A stretch of DNA of 64,000 nucleotides, from positions 6,956-70,955 of the forward strand of contig JBCLLY010000004.1 in the NCBI GenBank assembly GCA_039738415.1, given 5' to 3'. The stretch comes from Candidatus Levyibacteriota bacterium (GTDB taxonomy: Bacteria > Patescibacteriota > Microgenomatia > Levybacterales > GWA1-39-11). The notes under the pieces are model-generated. The model saw nothing but the letters and a program-made list of their open reading frames with translations, was not told the DNA's origin and ran no database searches. This document shows, piece after piece, positions 8,043-16,036 of the stretch. The stretch's first letter is position 1; the number at the start of each line of letters is the position of its first letter. The position numbers and the translations under genes were made by a program.

Positions 8043-8179
8043 AAGTATTAAGTATTAAGTATGAAGTATGAAGTATGAAGTATGAAGCATGAAGTATTAA
8101 GCATGAAGTATGAAGTATGAAGTATTAAGTATTAAGTATTAAGTATGAAGCATGAAGTATGAAGTATGAAGTATTAAGC
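8043..8179. repeat. heptanucleotide tandem array (AAGYATK) x19 plus a partial unit
   Basis: The units aagtatt, aagtatg and aagcatg are repeated head to tail. They fill the whole spacer between the recR stop (8041) and the stop of the convergent ORF (8183). Confidence 0.95.
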
Positions 8180-8182
8180 TTC

Positions 8183-8554
8183 TTAAGCTGCAGCTTTTTC
8201 TTCCTGATCGGGAATATCTTCCGATGAGCTGTTTGGAAATTGTGGAATATGCTCTGGTACTGCATTAGGGTCTGTTATATTTATGGTTGGGTTTGAATTT
8301 TGTATTACTTCAATATTAGGTGCTTGCATTGGTACCTGTCCTGTTTGCGCAGTAGTTCCAGTTGCAGTTTTTTCCGTCTGAGGAATTTGAGAAATATTAT
8401 TTGGTACTTCCACAGGTCCGCTTTCTGGCGTATCCGGCTCTATGGGTGTAGTAGGACCTGTTGTAGATTCCTCTGTCTCGCTAGGAGGATTATCATTTGC
8501 TTTTCTTTCAAGCCCTCTCCTGTTAACAATTTCTAGTGCCTCTGTTGCTTCCAT
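8183..8554 (-). CDS. low-complexity Pro/Thr/Glu-rich protein (hypothetical, predicted disordered)
   Basis: The ORF continues to 8659 but would then overlap the CofE-like gene by 53 nt. Internal ATG 8554 (MEATEALEIVNRRG...) avoids the overlap. No recognisable domain. Confidence 0.4.
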   Translation of the reverse strand: MEATEALEIVNRRGLERKANDNPPSETEESTTGPTTPIEPDTPESGPVEVPNNISQIPQTEKTATGTTAQTGQVPMQAPNIEVIQNSNPTINITDPNAVPEHIPQFPNSSSEDIPDQEEKAAA

Positions 8555-8606
8555 GATAATAAAGATTACAGGAAATAGTTGTGTAAAGTCAAGAATTTCT
8601 AGAACA

Positions 8607-9362
8607 CTACCCCTTGCCTTTTTTCCACGGAGCGCGCTTGAGAATAGATGAATATACATCGGTATCTAAATCAATTTTTAACTGTTCTATTTCCTCCTGA
8701 GTAGGATTTCTATCTTGAAACTGCACGTTTGGAATTTGCGTAACTATCGCAAGTGGTGTCTGTTCCCGACCTTCACCCATAACAGCAACTGCGCCTGCGC
8801 TAAGTCCGTCCATAATATTTGACTGAGTAACTCTCATTTCTCTACCAAATAAATCAGGTTTGCCGATATAATTATTTAGCGGCGCAAATCCTGAATAAGC
8901 GATTCCAACGCCTGTTGTTCCCCAGCGCAAGGGTGTAGTTTTGCTGTCGGTAATTATTACGCCAATATGTTTAACTTTGAATTTATCTACCAAATACTCC
9001 CGGATTTTATTTGCACTTTCCTGCGGATTTTTCGGCCACAATATATAGTAGCCGTTGCCGTTGCTCTCATCAATTCCAGCTGCCGGAATTAAAAGATTTT
9101 GGGTAATCGTAAGATGGAAGCCATATATATTCTCCTCTTTGGGGAGAAAATATTCCGATTCTTGTTTGACAAGCTTTTCTTTGTCTGCAATTTCGGTTTC
9201 TATATTAATTTTTTGTATCCTGCCTTCACAAATCGAAACAATTTTTGATGTGACACAAAGAATAGAATTATCTTCAAAACCTGGAAGATACTTGCCTAAA
9301 ATTTCAAAAATACTTTTATCCTCTCTTGTTATTTTATGAGTTTTAATCGTTTTTATTTGCAC
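8607..9362 (-). CDS. CofE-family (F420-0:gamma-glutamyl ligase-like) protein
   Basis: 251 aa. SKIVSICEGR, PAAGIDESNGNGYYILWP, GVIITDSKTTPLRWGTTGVGIAYSG and DGLSAGAVAVMGEG match the CofE / F420-ligase fold as I recall it. Confidence 0.7.
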   Translation of the reverse strand: MQIKTIKTHKITREDKSIFEILGKYLPGFEDNSILCVTSKIVSICEGRIQKINIETEIADKEKLVKQESEYFLPKEENIYGFHLTITQNLLIPAAGIDESNGNGYYILWPKNPQESANKIREYLVDKFKVKHIGVIITDSKTTPLRWGTTGVGIAYSGFAPLNNYIGKPDLFGREMRVTQSNIMDGLSAGAVAVMGEGREQTPLAIVTQIPNVQFQDRNPTQEEIEQLKIDLDTDVYSSILKRAPWKKGKG

Positions 9363-9402
9363 ACCTCAATTTTAACAGAAAAAATCAATTTGTGAGTTGT
9401 GT

Positions 9403-10179
9403 TTAGAGTTTGTGAAGGTTTAATTCTACTCCTGCCCAAGCTGTTACTTTAACCAATTCCGAAAGAACTGATTCATCCAGTTCTCCTTCTTTGTAAAATA
9501 AATGGGAAACTTTAAAAAAATTATTCTCATCAGGGTTGTCCCAGAAAAAAGTAGGAACGTTATATTCTTTAATAATATTTTCGGTTATTTCTAATATGCT
9601 GTGTTCTATGGTTGATATTTTTGGTCTTCCTCCCAATTTAAGTTTGAACAATACGAGCCCGGTCCTGCCCTTATTTGGATAATTATCATTTCCGTGGAAA
9701 ATTCTAGCTATGTTTTGAGATACTGCATATTCATACATCTTTTTTTCAACCCAGAAATCAATTGTTGTTACAGACCGATATTCTGAGCGGACATTTTTAT
9801 CAAAAGCGCGGAATGCAAAAGAGAGCCTATCATCAATAATAGAAAAAATTATTCCACCCACATACTCCTGAGAATCTTTTTTGTATAGACTTGTCTGAAA
9901 ATATTTTTTTCCTTTGTCGATTTTTTTAGCTAAATTTTCTTTCTTCTCGTTTCTCTTAAAAAGATAATTTCTGCGGGAAGCAATTTCTTTGTCATAGATA
10001 AGAAAAAATTTTTCGCACTCACTAATTTCGTTAACAGGAGTTATTTTAAATTCAAATAAATCTTCAAAATATGCTTCGCTTTTCAGAATTTTTTTAACCA
10101 GAGATGGGTAGAAAAACTCCTTCCAGCTAGGAATAACTCTTTGTTCCCACGTAATTTTTGTGTGGACTAAGTAGGTCAT
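9403..10179 (-). CDS. hypothetical protein with Fem/GNAT-like (acyl/aminoacyl-transferase) C-terminal motif
   Basis: 258 aa. The C-terminal GRTGLVLFKLKLGGRP resembles the GLxxFKxxxG motif of FemAB/Acetyltransf_6 proteins. Lies 1 nt downstream of the DUF1704 gene. Confidence 0.4.
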   Translation of the reverse strand: MTYLVHTKITWEQRVIPSWKEFFYPSLVKKILKSEAYFEDLFEFKITPVNEISECEKFFLIYDKEIASRRNYLFKRNEKKENLAKKIDKGKKYFQTSLYKKDSQEYVGGIIFSIIDDRLSFAFRAFDKNVRSEYRSVTTIDFWVEKKMYEYAVSQNIARIFHGNDNYPNKGRTGLVLFKLKLGGRPKISTIEHSILEITENIIKEYNVPTFFWDNPDENNFFKVSHLFYKEGELDESVLSELVKVTAWAGVELNLHKL

Positions 10180-10180
10180 T

Positions 10181-11305
10181 TCACTTGCTATTAAATTTGG
10201 GCATTATTAAGTTTTCATCTCCAAGTAAATTATACTTGATTAATAATTTTGTTAAATGAGGATTTTTGGCGTAGTACATTATTTTCTCAGGATTATCTTT
10301 TAAAAAGCCTAGCACTGTTTTATACCCCAGAAGATATGACGCGTCTTTCGGATAACAACCTGATTTGGAGGTGTCCAACATTCCGCGTTTTACGCGAAAA
10401 GAAATATTAAAGGCGTGTTTTTCTGAAAGACCGTCATTGATTAAATTATTGTATATTTCTCTAAAGCTCAGATGGGAGTTTTTTATTGCCTTAAGGCGGT
10501 AATAATAATTCTGGAAGGATTTTCTAGTTATAGTTCCTGTTTTTACCTCATTGTATACTCCTAGTCCTTCAGAATAAAGATAGGTGTCTGAAAGTTTGGA
10601 CATAAGTCTCAAGTAATTTTTTGAAGTGCGGATATTATAATTTTGGAGAGCATGACTTTCTATTTCGTGTACTATCAGACGGTCAATATTGTTCTGAAAG
10701 CGCTTGATGTCTTTTCCTATTTTAATTACATCAAAATCAACGGAAATCATATTTGTAGAAAAATAATTTACTTCTACGGGAAGATCTGATATTTTATATT
10801 TATCTTTTAAGGTAACATCAAGCTGTTTTGCGATTTCGGGTGCTTCTACAAGTGGACCCCTTGTTTCGTTTTGAAAATTAAATTTAGGCAACGACTCGAT
10901 AAGCTTATCAGGGTCAATAATTCTCCAGTCGAATGCGAGCTTTGCATATACGGGGAATGTGGGCTTTCCTATAGAATGCCGTGCGTGGAACAGAAAACGC
11001 AGATGATTTAAATATTCTATTAAATGATACAAAAGGTCATATGGCAATTCAATTTTTTCAACGCGCTGCTCCAGCTCGTCGATTTCCAAATCAAATCTTT
11101 CCGGTGGAGGAGGCGTGTATTCGAAGATTGGATTACAGGTTTTACTTTTAAAGAATTTTTCTTTCTCCGCCTGGAAATTAATAGGACTTATGCCAGTAGA
11201 ATTCAGATCTAAGGCGCGTCTTATGCTCGTGCTTCTAAGAGCTATTTTTAAAAGTTCATTCTTGCTACTTGGAGAAATTTTTTGTGCTAACATTGACTTT
11301 AACAT
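10181..11305 (-). CDS. DUF1704 / MATCAP-like (tyrosine/phenylalanine carboxypeptidase domain) zinc peptidase
   Basis: 374 aa. HExxH in LIVHEIESHALQ, a QEGLA-like YSEGLGVYNE motif, and KDASYLLGY. Confidence 0.65.
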   Translation of the reverse strand: MLKSMLAQKISPSSKNELLKIALRSTSIRRALDLNSTGISPINFQAEKEKFFKSKTCNPIFEYTPPPPERFDLEIDELEQRVEKIELPYDLLYHLIEYLNHLRFLFHARHSIGKPTFPVYAKLAFDWRIIDPDKLIESLPKFNFQNETRGPLVEAPEIAKQLDVTLKDKYKISDLPVEVNYFSTNMISVDFDVIKIGKDIKRFQNNIDRLIVHEIESHALQNYNIRTSKNYLRLMSKLSDTYLYSEGLGVYNEVKTGTITRKSFQNYYYRLKAIKNSHLSFREIYNNLINDGLSEKHAFNISFRVKRGMLDTSKSGCYPKDASYLLGYKTVLGFLKDNPEKIMYYAKNPHLTKLLIKYNLLGDENLIMPKFNSK

Positions 11306-11348
11306 TTTAACAAATTAAAAAATAATTAATAGATGAGGGGTAAGAGAT

Positions 11349-11356
11349 TGTATAAT
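11349..11356 (+). promoter_or_regulatory. extended -10 element; leaderless-type promoter of the CAP-domain gene
   Basis: tgtataat ends 6 nt before ATG 11363. Confidence 0.55.
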
Positions 11357-11362
11357 AACTCT

Positions 11363-12217
11363 ATGAGCAAAAAAATAATAGCTTTACTTATTGTCTCGAT
11401 AATTATTTTAGGGATAGGAAGCTATCTTTTGATAAATATCGACCCCCTTAAGAATTTTTCGGAAAGATCACTTGAATTTGTAGAAAAAAATATTAGTAAG
11501 CGTGTAAATATAGCGGAGCCCTTACGAAAAGATATAGACGATGAAGAGTCACAGCTTTCTATCCGGGGGGTAATTGATGAAACAAATAGACATAGGATTG
11601 GGGAAGGATTGCCAGAGTTAAAAGAAAGTGCGATTTTAAATATCGCAGCACAGAAAAAAGTTGACGATATGTTTTCCCGTCAATATTTTGAGCACAATTC
11701 TCCGACCGGTGAGGGAGCGGGGGATTTGGTAAGTGCAGCAGGATATGAATTTATAGTTGTTGGAGAGAATTTAGCTCTGGGAAATTATAAGGACGATATG
11801 GTTTTAGTTCAGGCGTGGATGGATAGTCCGGGGCATAGGGAAAACATTTTAAAAAATTCTTATACAGAAATAGGAGTTGCGGTCGCGCGCGGAACATTTG
11901 AAGGAAAGCAAACATGGCTTGCTGTTCAGCACTTTACAAAACCAATGTCTGCTTGTCCACTAGTAAGCGACGGCCTAAAGTTGCAGATTGATAGCAATAA
12001 TGCCAAGCTGGATAATATGAAAGTAGATTTAGAAAACAGAAAGAAAGATTTGGAAAATAAACCACAAAAGAACGAAGAGAGCGAAGCTTACAATAAAAAA
12101 GTTGATGAATATAATAATTTGGTTAACGAATATAACTTACTTCTGGAGACAACAAAAGGACTAGTTTCTCAATATAATTCCCAAGTACAGAATTTCAACG
12201 CTTGTGCAAAAAACTGA
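11363..12217 (+). CDS. CAP (SCP/PR-1/YkwD-like) domain protein with N-terminal TM and C-terminal coiled coil
   Basis: TM IIALLIVSIIILGIGSYLLI, CAP motifs HRIGEGLPEL...YFEHNSP...GENLA...WMDSPGHRENIL...IGVAV, then a K/E/N-rich tail. The start was moved from 11333 to 11363 on promoter evidence. Confidence 0.8.
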   Translation: MSKKIIALLIVSIIILGIGSYLLINIDPLKNFSERSLEFVEKNISKRVNIAEPLRKDIDDEESQLSIRGVIDETNRHRIGEGLPELKESAILNIAAQKKVDDMFSRQYFEHNSPTGEGAGDLVSAAGYEFIVVGENLALGNYKDDMVLVQAWMDSPGHRENILKNSYTEIGVAVARGTFEGKQTWLAVQHFTKPMSACPLVSDGLKLQIDSNNAKLDNMKVDLENRKKDLENKPQKNEESEAYNKKVDEYNNLVNEYNLLLETTKGLVSQYNSQVQNFNACAKN

Positions 12218-12242
12218 CACGGATAATTCTATTTGGGTTGTA

Positions 12243-12270
12243 TTGATTTCCCTTTTCATGTTAATATAAT
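12243..12270 (+). promoter_or_regulatory. candidate sigma70 promoter for a ~160-nt structured leader of the Met/Pro/Gly-repeat gene
   Basis: ttgatt-16-tataat. The leader contains hairpins ccgcc-aga-ggcgg (12325-12337) and gtccgatg-aa-catcggac (12391-12408). Confidence 0.4.
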
Positions 12271-12438
12271 TTGAAGAAGATGTTTGCCCGCCTAATTTCA
12301 GTGTTTGGCTCTCTTGTATTCTTTCCGCCAGAGGCGGACAGGCATACACGCCTCACACTTCAATTGAGCGGCGAGTTTAAGAATCTCTAGGTCCGATGAA
12401 CATCGGACAAGAGCTTCTAAAAAGGGAGGTGATAGTTT

Positions 12439-12831
12439 ATGGACGATAATCAAAATCAAGGAGGACAACCAAGTATGCCAGGAGCTGGTATGCCTACACC
12501 TCCAGCAGTAGGAGATTCAGGTATGCCAGGAGGTATGCCTACACCCCCAGCTCCACCAACAGGAGGACCTGCAATGCCCGGAAATGACATGCCAACACCT
12601 CCACCAGCACCAGGCGGTATGCCTACACCCCCAACCCCAACCCCACCAGCACCAGTATTAGGAGGGGAAATGTCGGGCGGTATGCCAACACCTCCAGCAG
12701 GAGATGTACCTAATCCAGGAATGCCAGGGGGAGGAATGCCACAGCCAGGTATACCAGCAGAAGAAGAGGACAAACCGGAAGGCGGAATGCCAGGGGGAGG
12801 AATGCCAAGCGGTATGCCACCACAAGTATAG
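12439..12831 (+). CDS. Met/Pro/Gly-repeat low-complexity protein (hypothetical)
   Basis: 130 aa with repeated GMPTPP and GGMPGG units and no TM or signal peptide. It has the strongest SD in the window (gggaggtg, 7 nt from the ATG). A canonical terminator follows. Local G+C is clearly above the surroundings. Confidence 0.7.
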   Translation: MDDNQNQGGQPSMPGAGMPTPPAVGDSGMPGGMPTPPAPPTGGPAMPGNDMPTPPPAPGGMPTPPTPTPPAPVLGGEMSGGMPTPPAGDVPNPGMPGGGMPQPGIPAEEEDKPEGGMPGGGMPSGMPPQV

Positions 12832-12860
12832 ACACTTTAAGGTTTATAGGTCTTTTAAAA

Positions 12861-12889
12861 AAGCCGCAGTTTTTTCTGCGGTTTTTTTA
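12861..12889 (+). terminator. rho-independent terminator
   Basis: Stem ccgcag (12864-12869) / ctgcgg (12876-12881), loop tttttt, then a T7 run. Confidence 0.85.
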
Positions 12890-12937
12890 TGAAAAGGTTA
12901 CTTGACTAAAATGAGTTTTATTTGTTAAATAAATAAC

Positions 12938-13399
12938 GTGAATAAAAATATTTTTTTCGGACTTATTGCGGTTATTATATTTGGTTTTATTTTAGTAGGA
13001 CTTTTGACTTCTCAAAACAGCAGTAAGGATGATACAATTAAATTATCAGAAAATGACATTATGGCAAATTCGGGAGAGTTAATAATTGAGGATATAGAAG
13101 AGGGAACAGGTGATGTCGCTGTTGAGAGTGGTGATGACATAGTAATTCACTATAAAGGAACCTTGGCGGACGGAACAGTTTTTGATTCTTCTTATGATAG
13201 GGGTGAGCCTTTCCAAACTCAAATTGGAGTAGGACAAGTAATTCAAGGTTGGGATAAGGGTGTAATTGGTATGAAAGTTGGAGGCAAAAGAAAACTTACA
13301 ATTCCTCCGCAAATGGCGTATGGTGAGCAGGGACAGGGTAGTATTCCACCAAATTCAACATTAATTTTTGAAGTCGAACTACTCGAAATCCTCAAGTAA
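12938..13399 (+). CDS. FKBP-type peptidyl-prolyl cis-trans isomerase, membrane-anchored
   Basis: 153 aa with a GTG start. TM FFGLIAVIIFGFILVGLL and the FKBP core VIHYKGTLADGTVFDSSYDRGEPFQTQIGVGQVIQGWDKGVIGMKVGGKRKLTIPP...LIFEVELL. Confidence 0.92.
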   Translation: MNKNIFFGLIAVIIFGFILVGLLTSQNSSKDDTIKLSENDIMANSGELIIEDIEEGTGDVAVESGDDIVIHYKGTLADGTVFDSSYDRGEPFQTQIGVGQVIQGWDKGVIGMKVGGKRKLTIPPQMAYGEQGQGSIPPNSTLIFEVELLEILK

Positions 13400-13437
13400 A
13401 TTCGTTTTTGTCATTAATTTTTAGTAAAATATCACAC

Positions 13438-14337
13438 ATGCATATGATTCTTTTGTATTACAAATACGTAAAAATTGATTACCCTAAAAGGGTTTTAAAA
13501 GAACAGAAAAAACTTTGCGAGGAATTAGGCTTGACCGGTCGGATAATTATTGCGCCGGAAGGAATAAATGGAACCGTGGAGGGTTTGACTGAAAGTACGC
13601 AAAAGTATATTTCCGAGATGAGCAAAGATAAAAGATTTTCGGATATTCATTGGAAAAAATCTGAGGGAACGGGAAATGCATTTAAGAAATTATCAATTAA
13701 AGTACGACGCGAAATCGTAAGTTTGCATCTAGGAGAACGTGATATAAACCCAAATGAAATAACCGGAAAATATTTAACTCCAGAAGAACTTCACAAATGG
13801 TTTGAAAACAAGAAGGAATTTTATATTGTGGATATGCGCAACGACTACGAGCATTTATCAGGATATTTCGAAAATTCAGTACTACCGGGGTTAGAGAACT
13901 TTAGGGATTTAAAAAAAGAACTTCCGAAACTTGAACATTTAAAAAACAAAACCGTTCTTACCGTTTGTACAGGTGGAGTAAGGTGTGAGAAAGCTTCCGG
14001 ATTTTTGCTTATGAGTGGCTTTAATGATGTGTATCAGCTAAGGGGAGGGATAGTATCATATATGGAAAAGTACCCCAACGAGCATTTTAAGGGAAAGCTT
14101 TATGTATTTGATGGACGCGTTACGATGGGTTTTGGTTTGGATGATCCAAAACACGAAATAGTAGGACAATGTGAGAAGTGTTCAAATAAATCTGAAAATT
14201 ATATCAATTGTGATACGGTTGGTTGCCATAGGCATTTTATTTTATGCAGGAGTTGTATTGAAAGCTATGGAAAAATTTGTCCTAAAGTATGCGATTTTAG
14301 ACGAAAAAAACAACGAGAAAGCCCCGTGAGTTCTTAG
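13438..14337 (+). CDS. trhO: rhodanese-domain tRNA uridine(34) hydroxylase (UPF0176/YceA family)
   Basis: LLYYKYVKIDYP...GRIIIAPEGINGTVEG, the rhodanese active-site loop CTGGVRCEKASGFL, and a C-terminal Cys cluster. ATG 13438 is preferred because taaaat ends 7 nt upstream. Confidence 0.85.
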   Translation: MHMILLYYKYVKIDYPKRVLKEQKKLCEELGLTGRIIIAPEGINGTVEGLTESTQKYISEMSKDKRFSDIHWKKSEGTGNAFKKLSIKVRREIVSLHLGERDINPNEITGKYLTPEELHKWFENKKEFYIVDMRNDYEHLSGYFENSVLPGLENFRDLKKELPKLEHLKNKTVLTVCTGGVRCEKASGFLLMSGFNDVYQLRGGIVSYMEKYPNEHFKGKLYVFDGRVTMGFGLDDPKHEIVGQCEKCSNKSENYINCDTVGCHRHFILCRSCIESYGKICPKVCDFRRKKQRESPVSS

Positions 14338-14548
14338 ATAATTAATTCCAACATTCTCCATTCGTTCATTCTCAGGGTAAGAAAGAGTATCAGAATTAAG
14401 TGTAGGGGTTAATTTTACTATAACTATTCAGAAGTTTTAAAGAAAATGTCATTGCCACCCCCGCCTTATTTTTTTCTGTTGATTTATTTTTGAGAGAAAG
14501 TTGGTTTTTTATTCTAGACTTTTATTATAAAGAGCAGAGTAAAGTACT

Positions 14549-14604
14549 TTCTAAACTTCTAAACTTCTAAACTTCTAAACTTCTAAACTTTAAAGCTTTA
14601 AACA
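14549..14604. repeat. octanucleotide tandem repeat (ttctaaac x5 plus 2 degenerate units)
   Basis: ttctaaac repeated at 14549-14588, then tttaaagc and tttaaaca. Lies inside a 507-bp ORF-free spacer. Confidence 0.9.
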
Positions 14605-14844
14605 AGAACACTAGAGTCACTATAAAGTCTCCTTTCCCGTTGTCCAGTAAACGGGACAATACAATATACCGATAATCAGGAATTTAATTGTGTGTATGCT
14701 ACGTTTCGAGAGAGCGGATATTTCAATTCATAAAAATATTTTAGAAGTATTTAAAACAACTAAAAGCGAGATATACTGAGGGGTTGTTCTTTTGTGGATA
14801 TTTCTTCTTTCTATCTAAATTTATTTTCTTTATAATTATCTAAA

Positions 14845-15339
14845 GTGGAGTCTATAGGAGTGGGTACAGTGGGGGTTATAATTGGGCGCTTTCAGCCTTT
14901 TCACAAAGGGCACGTTTGGTTAATCTTTGAGGCTTTGAAAAAATTTGAAAAAGTAATAATTCTAATAGGATCTTCAAATATTGATGATAAAAATAATCCG
15001 TGGAGCTTGGATTTGAGAAGAAAAATGATAAGTGAGTTTATTTTTCTAGAAGGTATTGAAAATAGAATTATAAGAACTGAAGACGTTATTGACGTGCCAG
15101 ATGACAACAAGTGGCTGGAAATTACACTGAAAAAAATTGAAAAAAAGAGTTTTACGGTAATAGGAGATAACGAATGGGTGAATGGAATTTTTGAAAAAGC
15201 AAATTACAAAGTTTGGCGCCCCGGTTATTACAATAGAGAAAAATTTCAGGGAATAAAAATAAGGGAATTGTTTGATAGCAAAAAAGAGTGGAGAGATAGA
15301 GTTCCCAAATATTTAGTGAGTTTGGTCGAAAAAAACTAA
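14845..15339 (+). CDS. nicotinamide-nucleotide adenylyltransferase (archaeal/NadM-type cytidylyltransferase fold)
   Basis: GVIIGRFQPFHKGHVWLI (GRFQPxHxGH). The start is ambiguous: GTG 14845, or GTG 14869 preceded by aggagtg with a 6-nt spacer. Confidence 0.75.
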   Translation: MESIGVGTVGVIIGRFQPFHKGHVWLIFEALKKFEKVIILIGSSNIDDKNNPWSLDLRRKMISEFIFLEGIENRIIRTEDVIDVPDDNKWLEITLKKIEKKSFTVIGDNEWVNGIFEKANYKVWRPGYYNREKFQGIKIRELFDSKKEWRDRVPKYLVSLVEKN

Positions 15340-15412
15340 TGGAATACTTTGCCTTATTTAATTTCTTAATATTAGCTCTATTCTTGCTTTCAAGACAGCT
15401 AACTTCCGAAAT

Positions 15413-16036
15413 TTATTTATTTTTTCTCTCAATTTCAAAAAGGGAAAGTTTTGCAACCGGAGGACTGGCTCTGGTTTTTTTTCCGGGAGTTGTAATCCAT
15501 GAAAACACTAAAAATACTCCCAATAAAACCTTTACTAAAGACGACGAAATACCTAATAGTGATAAAAGCAAGAAGGACAATTTTGCCTGAAACAAGGCTA
15601 AATTTAAAACACTCATAAAACCGACAAATATAATCAGTCCTGAAATAATTACCAGACTCGAACCATTTTTAATATTCAGAAAATCGGAAATTAATTCATT
15701 AAACAGAACAAATGAAAAAGTCACTATTAACGCTATTACAACTAAAGGCTTTGCTATTTTTAGATAAATACCCCTCACGTGGGGCAAGTTATTTTTTGCA
15801 AAACTCTCACCGGTAAAATTTACAATTGTCGGCATAACAGCCCCTGCTGAAATTCCAAATAATGTAATAATTGCCATAAGGGTCGCGACAGTTCCATAAT
15901 CCTGCACCGATAAATTTCTGCTTATAAAAATATTGAATATAAAATTAATAAAATTTGCTACAAGGGAGCCTACTGAAACTATTATGCTTCCTGCTATCAG
16001 GGGATGGGCTATTACTGACGTAAGTTTTTTTCTCAT
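15413..16036 (-). CDS. MOP/Wzx-type oligosaccharide flippase, N-terminal fragment (truncated; possible pseudogene)
   Basis: 207 aa versus ~480 for the complete paralog at 43638-45095. It has TM-rich flippase-like sequence, then a non-hydrophobic tail after an A8 tract (15471-15478 on the plus strand as T8). No other frame continues the protein. Confidence 0.5.
   Translation of the reverse strand: MRKKLTSVIAHPLIAGSIIVSVGSLVANFINFIFNIFISRNLSVQDYGTVATLMAIITLFGISAGAVMPTIVNFTGESFAKNNLPHVRGIYLKIAKPLVVIALIVTFSFVLFNELISDFLNIKNGSSLVIISGLIIFVGFMSVLNLALFQAKLSFLLLSLLGISSSLVKVLLGVFLVFSWITTPGKKTRASPPVAKLSLFEIERKNK

Noticed and set aside
8043-8179. Heptamer array considered as a CRISPR array
   Set aside because: The unit is only 7 nt, with no unique spacers between repeats and no cas genes nearby. 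It is a simple tandem repeat.
8555-8659. Longer version (158 aa) of the Pro/Thr/Glu-rich ORF
   Set aside because: The extra 35 codons overlap the 3' end of the CofE-like gene by 53 nt and read as hydrophobic or odd sequence. The internal ATG 8554 is more parsimonious, though neither start is certain.
12456-12773. 105-aa antisense ORF (Pro/Gly-rich) opposite the Met/Pro/Gly repeat gene
   Set aside because: It is a mirror image of a low-complexity GC-rich repeat, so both strands stay open. Only the plus-strand ORF has a strong SD, an ATG at the right distance and a downstream terminator.
15339-15590. 83-aa plus-strand ORF after the NMNAT gene
   Set aside because: It overlaps the 3' part of the flippase-fragment ORF on the other strand and has no motif or start context. 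It is most likely a chance ORF in decayed sequence.
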